Positions 1 through 5,874 of a DNA stretch of 5,874 bases are shown piece after piece; position 1 is the stretch's first letter, and the number at the start of each line of letters is the position of its first letter. Under the pieces are notes generated by a model. The model did not search any database and had not been told where the DNA came from. It saw nothing but the letters and a program-made list of their open reading frames with translations. The translations under genes were made by a program, and so were the position numbers. The stretch is taken from positions 1 to 5,874 of the forward strand of contig NW_021829854.1 in assembly GCF_006345805.1 (NCBI RefSeq), given 5' to 3'. Origin of the DNA: Octopus sinensis. Taxonomy: Eukaryota.

Positions 1-57
1 GCTGTTCCGTTGATCGGATCCACTAGAACCCTCGTCGCCGTAACCGACGGAGTACCA
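1..57 (-). mobile_element. Fragment of an interspersed repeat, cut by the window edge
   Basis: Minus strand reads TGGTACTCCGTCGGTTACGGCGACGAGGGTTCTAGTGGATCCGATCAACGGAACAGC. It is a GC/CpG-rich island in AT-rich DNA with a small stem (CGTCG 33-37 / CGACG 45-49). It resembles a common octopus retroposon segment as I recall it; not verified. Confidence 0.4.
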
Positions 58-164
58 CGCGAGAGCGTATACAAAACCACATTCCTAGTCTTATCTTTCA
101 TAAGACAGTAAAGTATGATTTCAATGCGATCTTGCTTCTTTTTATAGAAGCTAAGTGACCTGGT

Positions 165-207
165 AGAGTGGACCCGTTATGGTCCAGAAGAGTGGACCCG
201 TTATGGT
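165..207. repeat. Perfect 19-bp direct repeat, period 24
   Basis: AGAGTGGACCCGTTATGGT at 165-183 and 189-207, separated by CCAGA. Confidence 0.95.
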
Positions 208-477
208 GAATAATCAGGGAGCCACATGCTAAATTAGTTCTCTTTTGCTTCGCCATAACACAAGAGGTTGGTTGACCGATACAATATAAAACTGATCAGA
301 AATTAATTAGGTGTCAATAATTAATGGTGCTCTCATTTACGGTGTCAAATGTCGAAACGAAATTTGAAAGAAACTACAACTGTGGAGCATAAAAAATATC
401 ATCCGATGCCAACAAATGCAATTTGGAAACAGTTGGGTGAATGAAGACGTTTTTATCAAATTATAATAATGAAAAGG

Positions 478-496
478 CAGCATCAGCAGCAGCATC

Positions 497-535
<39 letters not shown>

Positions 536-540
536 GGTGG
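478..540. repeat. Compound triplet microsatellite (CAG/CAT)n-(TAG)n-(TGG)n
   Basis: Read directly. It abuts the 3' end of the minus-strand SINE and creates the spurious poly-A/V (441..656) and poly-P/L (337..567) ORFs. Confidence 0.95.
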
Positions 541-750
541 TTTCACGTTTTGGCACAAAGCCAACAATGTTGAAAGAGGGCCAAATAGATTACATCGTCC
601 CCAGTGTTAACAGGCACTTATTTTATCGACCCCACCGGAATAAAAGTAAAAGTTGAAATCGGCGGAATTTGAACTCAGAACGTAAAGACGGACGAAATAC
701 CGCTGAGTACTTCACCCGGCGTGCCAACGTTTCTGCCAAATCGCCACCTT
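541..750 (-). mobile_element. tRNA-derived SINE (family B), near full length
   Basis: Minus strand starts AAGGTGGCGATT. It has an A-box-like TGGCAGAAACGTTGG (724-738) and a B-box-like GAGTTCAAATTCC (664-676). It aligns along most of its length with the copy at 5546-5766. Confidence 0.9.
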
Positions 751-757
751 AGTAGTA

Positions 758-789
<32 letters not shown>

Positions 790-817
790 TATTGTTGTTA
801 TTATTATATTATTATTA

Positions 818-879
<62 letters not shown>

Positions 880-935
880 TTAATTTTATTATGATTATTA
901 TTATTATTATTATTAATTATTATTATTATTATTAC
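751..935. repeat. (TAG)n-(TAA)n switching to (TTA)n microsatellite
   Basis: Read directly; polarity switch centred at 788/789. Confidence 0.95.
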
Positions 936-938
936 AAT

Positions 939-1095
939 TGATAAAAATTCAGAAATTTAAACGTAAGTATGAACAAGAGCAAGTAACGTCCACACGTTTA
1001 TGGAATGACATAAAACTGATGACGTCATTCCATCAACGTGTGGACGCTACTTGCTCTCGTTCATACTTTACGTTTAAATTTCTGAATTTTTATCA
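939..1095. repeat. Long inverted repeat / hairpin (71- and 72-bp arms, 14-nt loop); possible MITE or fold-back element
   Basis: Arm 939-1009 is the reverse complement of 1024-1095 with 3 mismatches (975/1058, 986/1047, 999/1034) and one 1-nt bulge. The loop is ATAAAACTGATGAC. No clear TSD. Confidence 0.95.
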
Positions 1096-1146
1096 CTTCT
1101 TAGTTTGAACTTGACAAAAACAGGCATACTGTTGAAATATCGTTCA

Positions 1147-1163
1147 ATATAATAATAATAATA

Positions 1164-1212
<49 letters not shown>

Positions 1213-1230
1213 CATTATTATTATTATTAT
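1147..1230. repeat. (AAT)n switching to (TTA)n microsatellite
   Basis: Read directly; gives the poly-N and poly-L artefact ORFs. Confidence 0.95.
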
Positions 1231-2184
1231 GTTTAAACCACTTTCCTGTTATTTCGAAGTCACACACTCGAATAACGTTCCATCGCATTTTTTACCTACA
1301 CATTCATATCTGCGCTTATATTCTTTTCTGCAAGCGTACTGCACTCACTAGAAAGAAAACGATTAATATTTTCGTCCCCTCTCCTGCAGATTCTACATTC
1401 GCTGAGTGACTGAATTTATCAGATTTTCTCCTAGTGGCTTGTTCCTAAGCGACTATAATCAGCGCTTCGTTTCAAGTTATCATCAATCAGCTAGAGCCAG
1501 CGTTCTTCATCTCCCAACATTGTCCGTTTGTTGCTTGAACTGGCCATGTAATTCCATTTCTTTTATTTTGCTTCCTTTGTTGTTCTTCCTCACGTAACCA
1601 AAAACCTTTTGCTCATCTCTAGCTGCGGAGAGCATTCTTTCACTATGCATAGCAGAATTTTTCAGCCTCAATGTCTTATTACATACGGTGTCTCCTGTAT
1701 TTAGAAATCTTTCTGTTCTTGATAGTTATAATTATTAGTAATGTGTGCATTACTTTTAAGGTGGTAGCGCTGTGCATTCTAAGCAGCTTCCACATTTTTC
1801 TATCCAAGTCCTGCCGCTTGACCTTTGTCCATTTTAGAAAAGGAACAGCGTTTTACTATTTCTTTATGTCTTTGATAATATTCTCTCCGTTTAATTTCGT
1901 TTCGAGCACCTTCTTAATTCTCCTCCTGTACTCTTTGCAAATTTTCTTTCATTGCTCCTTCCATTTCTCCAGTCGTCTTGCTATAATTCTAGCTATTTGC
2001 TTCCCTCATTATTCGATAGCGAACTAATGAGGCTCTCTTGTGATAATTGTATGCCATGGAAGTTTATCTTCCGGCCGCTCTTCATAATTAACACTCTGCA
2101 TTTATTTTCCCCAAACTGCATATCAATAGCCTTGATGGTTACCCTTACTGTTAAGATCAGGGAATCCAGGTCCTTTAAATTTTA
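1231..2184 (-). pseudogene. Decayed ORF fragment of an R4/Dong-like non-LTR retrotransposon (R2 superfamily, restriction-like endonuclease type): late RT/thumb through CCHC zinc knuckle
   Basis: Manual minus-strand translation across frameshifts gives KDLDSLILTVRVTIKAIDMQFGENKCRVLIMKSG (MQFGENKC at 2098-2121), EGSK*LEL*QDD (decayed YKYLG motif), KEYRRRIKKVLETKLNGENIIK (1871-1936), AVPFLKWTK (1823-1849), DLDRKMWKLLRMH, LHGQFK (1534-1551), WL*L..DNLKR / EALIIVA*EQA, CRICRRGDENINRFLSSEC (1341-1397), YKRRY, then WNVIRVCDFEITGKWFKH. These motifs are colinear with those I know from R4/Dong/Rex6-type ORFs. Clade assignment is from motif recall. Confidence 0.85.
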
Positions 2185-2206
2185 TCTATCTATCTATCTA
2201 TCTATA

Positions 2207-2243
<37 letters not shown>

Positions 2244-2267
2244 CTCTCTCTCTCATTCTCTCTCCTC

Positions 2268-2348
<81 letters not shown>
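2183..2348. repeat. Graded compound microsatellite (TATC)n-(TC)n-(TA)n
   Basis: Read directly. Confidence 0.95.
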
Positions 2349-2356
2349 ACATATTA

Positions 2357-2594
2357 CAGGGTAACCACTATATGGACACCCTTATGCTAGAAATAGATCT
2401 GCTATGGTCTTACACTAAGTAATATGTTAATAGTGAAACATGTATGCGATAATCCATATTTTTATTGCTTTTCTTTTGTCTTGCTCGATTACGTTTTGGG
2501 GTTGTTTGCTAAATTTTTCTTGAGAACATTTCTTAGTGGTAGACCATAGCGGATCTATTTCTAGCATAAGGGTGTCCACATAGCGGTTTCCCTC
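2357..2594. mobile_element. MITE, probably Tc1/mariner-derived, flanked by TA
   Basis: TIRs 2357-2419 and 2532-2594 match at 56/63, with a perfect 27-bp core, and extend ~9 bp more with an indel. The left end is TA|CAGGG and the right end is CCCTC|TA. The ~100-bp interior is non-coding, and the element sits in (TA)n tracts. Confidence 0.8.
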
Positions 2595-2711
2595 TAATAT
2601 ATATATATATATGGCAATTTTACTGAACCTTCAGTTTTTTATAAGCTAGAACCACTGGTGTGGAATCGATGTTAATTAATATCTAATTTCTTACCCTCAT
2701 TTTAAATTTAA

Positions 2712-2800
2712 ATATATATATATAATATATATATATAATATATATATATTATATATATATATATATATATATCTATATCTATATATATATATATATTATT
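2712..2800. repeat. Imperfect (TA)n microsatellite
   Basis: Read directly. Confidence 0.9.
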
Positions 2801-2809
2801 ATAGTAATA

Positions 2810-2908
2810 GGCGCAGGAGTGGCTGTGTGGTAAGTAGCTTGTTTACCAACCACATGAACCCGGAACCATGTGGTTGATTAGCAAGCTACTTACCACACAG
2901 CCACTTCT
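2810..2908. mobile_element. Fold-back of two family-A SINE 5' heads in opposite orientation
   Basis: 2810-2856 matches the SINE head at 3868-3914. 2857-2908 is the reverse complement of the head up to ...CCACATGGTTCCGGGTT. The 42-bp arms (2815-2856 / 2867-2908) match at 38/42 around a 10-nt loop. Confidence 0.9.
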
Positions 2909-2909
2909 A

Positions 2910-2911
<2 letters not shown>

Positions 2912-2966
<55 letters not shown>

Positions 2967-2985
2967 TATTATTGCTATTACTATT
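2912..2985. repeat. (TTA)n microsatellite
   Basis: Read directly. Confidence 0.95.
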
Positions 2986-3299
2986 TTCTTCGGTTTTCTG
3001 ATTGCTTTCTAATATTTGGAAATATTTCTCGTTTGTTTGCCCTTTGAAGATATTCTATCGTGTAGCTTTGTTTCAACAGTGACCCTGTGACCCTGAACAA
3101 AAAGGAATGGTCATTTCTGTGTCCCAAACGCCGCATCATATCACAAAGCAGTCGAATCCATTAAAGTCAAAATAAAACACGACCTGATTACATCAAGCAT
3201 ACTAGCAAATAGAGGAGACCGCATCATACATATAAAATATATATATATATTCATATCTAACTAAATGCAAGATATGAACAATAGCACACAGTAACCCTC

Positions 3300-3370
3300 C
3301 ACATACACACACATAAACTCACACATGTGTATGCACACACACACACAAACACACACACACGCACATATAT
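3300..3370. repeat. Imperfect (CA)n microsatellite
   Basis: Read directly. Confidence 0.9.
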
Positions 3371-3442
3371 CTATTGATAAAACTGGTAAGACAACAAAAG
3401 AATGAAAGAGACCTCGATATTATGTAAATAGAGGAATTTATT

Positions 3443-3520
3443 TGTAAAAGTAATATGTGACAATTATTCGCTAGCCGTGATATCATGGCTACCGAATAAT
3501 TGACACATATTACATTTACA
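3443..3520. repeat. 78-bp spacer-less palindrome centred on GAT|ATC
   Basis: Arms 3443-3481 and 3482-3520 pair at 35/39. Mismatches are A.A (3449/3514), A.A (3460/3503), C.C (3471/3492) and G.T (3477/3486). Confidence 0.95.
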
Positions 3521-3686
3521 GATATATATATATATATATATAATATATATATATATATATAATATATTATTATATATACATATATATGTAATGTATATAC
3601 ACACATACGTTATATGTGTGCATTTATACTCACACACACGCACACATACATACACACACACACAACACTCACACACACACCACATA

Positions 3687-3717
<31 letters not shown>

Positions 3718-3760
3718 CTAGATATATATATATATATATATATAATTATTATTATTATTT
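3521..3760. repeat. Compound (TA)n-(CA)n-(TA)n-(TTA)n microsatellite
   Basis: Read directly. Confidence 0.9.
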
Positions 3761-3867
3761 GAGGGAATAAAATCCAAACTTACAAGGAAAAAGAATTCAC
3801 TTAGAAATACTAAATCAAATTCCATACAATATAATATATATAAAATATTAGAAAAAATATATATGTA

Positions 3868-4250
3868 GGCGCAGGAGTGGCTGTGTGGTAAGAAGTTTGT
3901 TTCCCAACCACATGGTTCTGGGTTCAGTCCCACTGCGTGGCACCTTGGGCAAATGTCTTCTACTATAGATTATAGATTCAAGCCGTCCAAAGTCTTGTGA
4001 GTGCATTTGGTAGACGAAAACTGAAAGAATCCCGTTGTATATATATGTGTGTGTGTGTGTGTGGGTGTATGTATATGTGTGCTTGTGCGTATGTGTGTAT
4101 GTTTGTGTGTCTGTATTGTGTCCCCCCAAAAGGAACCTATACGACAAAAGGAACCTATACGATAAGTACTAGGATTAAAACGAATAAGTCCTGGGATCGA
4201 TATGTTCGACTAAAGGCGGTGCTCAAGTAAAAGAATAAAAGAATTAAGAA
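3868..4250 (+). mobile_element. tRNA-derived SINE (family A) with internal (TA)n/(TG)n tract and a 3' module
   Basis: A box TGGCTGTGTGG (3878-3888), B box GGTTCAGTCCC (3921-3931), and a CORE-like CACCTTGGGCAAATGTCTTC (3941-3960). The body ends ~4039, a microsatellite runs to ~4120, and a 3' segment similar to family B follows (4163-4211). It may correspond to one of the published octopus SINE families (OK/OR1/OR2), which I cannot assign. That 4040-4250 belongs to the same element is partly recall. Confidence 0.8.
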
Positions 4251-4362
4251 ATATATGTATATATAATATAATATATGCTATATATATATAATATGTGTGG
4301 TGTGTGTGGGTGTGTGTGTGTGTGTGGGGTATATATACGATATATACGCATATATATATATT
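4250..4362. repeat. (TA)n/(TG)n compound microsatellite
   Basis: Read directly. Confidence 0.9.
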
Positions 4363-4406
4363 GTATGAATGTGTCTGCTTGTGCATATGTTGTATGCATA
4401 TATATA

Positions 4407-4600
4407 ACGGGAAAGCTTTATGAAAATAAACAAAGACGAAGGCAGGTGGAATACAACAAACAATCGTATTAGTATGGCGCTCAGGAATATAAATAAAACA
4501 AGTCTTTTAATTACGTTTCGAGCCTACGCTCTTCACAGAAACATACACAGAAAAGAACACAACAAGAAACAAGGAGAGAGAAAAAAAAATGCGTGGCAGA
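4407..4600 (-). mobile_element. Probable non-coding terminal fragment of a Penelope-like element
   Basis: Complex-sequence island between (TA)n tracts carrying a minimal hammerhead-like motif of the kind found in Penelope terminal repeats. No PLE ORF is visible, and the boundaries are approximate. Confidence 0.45.
4502..4544 (-). ncRNA. Degenerate minimal type-I hammerhead ribozyme-like motif
   Basis: Minus strand: AUGUUU-CUGUGA-A-GAGC-GUAG-GCUC-GAA-ACGU-A-AUUAAAAGAC. Stem II is perfect and followed by GAAA, there is a palindromic ACGU in place of stem III, and a GUA cleavage triplet. The core is CUGAUGA lacking A6, and stem I is out of register. Confidence 0.55.
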
Positions 4601-4654
4601 GGCTAGCAAATCAACATGCATATATATTGTATGTGCGTATGCGTGTGTTTTTTG

Positions 4655-4689
4655 AATATGCGTGTATGCATATATATATAATATATATA

Positions 4690-4732
<43 letters not shown>

Positions 4733-4770
4733 TATACACATATATATATATATAGAGAGAGAGAGGAGGG
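4655..4770. repeat. (TA)n followed by (GA)n microsatellite
   Basis: Read directly. Confidence 0.9.
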
Positions 4771-5545
4771 AACATGAATATACGTATATGCATTTTTTAG
4801 ATAACTTGTATGTGTGTATATGCCGACAGTAATGTTAACATAATGTCTATATATGTATGTACCCATACATGAAAGGTTATGCTTATGAATATATGTGTGG
4901 TTTATACGTTCATGTGCGTTTGTGTATATGTTCACACACATACACATACGCATATACGCATGCGTATATACGAAAGTATCTGTGTATACTTATACGCGTG
5001 TTCGTGCACTTCCGCCATTGTATAACCTTTAAATAGACATTTCTGAGAAGCAAGGTTCATGAATATTTCGGATATTCTTTGCATTTTTTATCTATTTTCT
5101 TCTGTTCCTAACTAACTGACACGTTGTTAACATGTACCCTCTTTTCTAAATAAAAATAGATACCCTCACAACAAGGGACGTGGAACTTAAACAAGCGCAA
5201 CGTGATTTAAATATATAATGACAACATCACAATACGCAAGCGTTACAAAAGTATTATAAACGTAATCGTTGGTAAAGAGAAATATGTAGCTAAAATTAAC
5301 ATTTTATGCAAAACTGTAAACAACACCATAAGAATTCGGAAAGGCAATAACACCCATTTAAAAGTTAAACCGAATAAATTAAATACAGCAATAAACGCAG
5401 AAGTAGGAGACCCTTACATTCTCCTGCATTGAAAGAAGATTTAAGTCAACATATATCGAAAGAACAGCAAAGAAGCACCAACGCAACAACACACGCCGAT
5501 ATATAATATCTCAAAGCCAACACATCGGATCGCTACACTGTTTGA

Positions 5546-5766
5546 CAATATTCTTTTCTACTCTTGGCACAGTTCCCGAAAGTTTGGGGGAAGGGGCCAG
5601 TCGATTAGATCGACCCCAGTACGCAACTAGTACTTAATTCATTGACCCCCGAAAGGTCGAAAAGCAAAGTCAACTTCGGCGGAATTTGGACTCGGAACTA
5701 AAGACAGACGAAATACCGCTAAGCATTTTGCCCAGCGTGCTAACGTTTCTGCCACATCGCCGCCTT
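5546..5766 (-). mobile_element. tRNA-derived SINE (family B, alternative 3' tail), full length
   Basis: Colinear with 541-750 (GGCGGAATTTG.ACTC.GAAC.TAAAGAC.GACGAAATACCGCT...AACGTTTCTGCCA.ATCGCC.CCTT). Its 3' tail is GTGCCAAGAGTAGAAAAGAATATT, versus GTGCCAAAACGTGAAA in the first copy. Confidence 0.9.
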
Positions 5767-5776
5767 TGTTCGACAA

Positions 5777-5874
5777 CAATATTCGTTTCTACTCTAGGCA
5801 CAAGGCCCCAAATTTTGTGGGAAGGGACCAGTCGATAAGATCGATCACAGGACGCAAATGGTACTTAATTTATC
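5777..5874 (-). mobile_element. 3' half of another family-B SINE, cut by the window edge
   Basis: 5778-5874 aligns without gaps to 5547-5643 with 17 mismatches in 97 nt. Confidence 0.9.

Noticed and set aside
165-207. CRISPR-like repeat-spacer unit
   Set aside because: Only two 19-bp copies with a 5-nt spacer, in a eukaryotic context with no cas genes.
1016-1022. CTGATGA in the hairpin loop as a hammerhead core or snoRNA box C/D
   Set aside because: No stem II/GAAA follows and no partner box is suitably placed. The heptamer is explained by the ATGAC duplication next to TGACGTCA.
3080-3165. Terminal exon after TTTGTTTCAACAG (DPVTLNKKEWSFLCPKRRIISQSSRIH*)
   Set aside because: A short, unrecognisable peptide; acceptor-like sites and AATAAA are common in DNA this AT-rich.
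3131-3228. 10-bp direct repeat CCGCATCATA (3131-3140, 3219-3228) as a TSD
   Set aside because: The enclosed 78 bp has no element hallmarks, and one such match per window is plausible by chance.
286-3385. Recurrent ATAAAACTG motif (286-294, 1010-1018, 3377-3385)
   Set aside because: A short AT-rich word picked out after the fact, with no consistent flanking similarity; chance is sufficient.
939-3520. Strand-biased enrichment of A.C mismatches (ADAR-preferred) in the hairpins
   Set aside because: Counting transitions over the four hairpins on plus gives 5 A.C versus 4 G.U, so there is no bias. Several fall at CpG sites and fit ordinary deamination.
3868-3940. Functional tRNA genes at the SINE heads (also 664-750 and 5680-5766)
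   Set aside because: A and B boxes are present, but I could not build a cloverleaf, and the sequences continue into SINE bodies found in several copies.
337-4953. ORFs in the supplied track as real genes
   Set aside because: They are translations of microsatellites (poly-L/V/N, YI, CV, HT runs), of SINEs, or of the antisense strand of the retrotransposon fossil. Only the first 20 codons of 1100..1288 reflect former coding sequence.

Overview
AT-rich, microsatellite-saturated, non-genic eukaryotic DNA. From memory, the SINE sequences and repeat landscape look like an octopus (coleoid cephalopod) genome; this is an inference, not a database result. I see no intact host gene, and most ORFs in the track are artefacts of simple repeats. 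The window is a transposon graveyard containing: (i) a ~950-bp minus-strand fossil of an R4/Dong-like non-LTR retrotransposon (late RT to CCHC knuckle, with many stops and frameshifts) at 1231-2184; (ii) two families of tRNA-derived SINEs (541-750, 5546-5766 and 5777-end on minus; 3868-4250 on plus, plus a folded-back head at 2810-2908); (iii) a TA-flanked MITE at 2357-2594; (iv) two long near-perfect palindromes (939-1095, 3443-3520); and (v) a degenerate minimal hammerhead-ribozyme-like motif of the Penelope-associated type on minus at ~4502-4544. The most notable points are four unrelated long fold-back structures within 2.6 kb and the hammerhead remnant. I cannot support a claim of a wholly new system.
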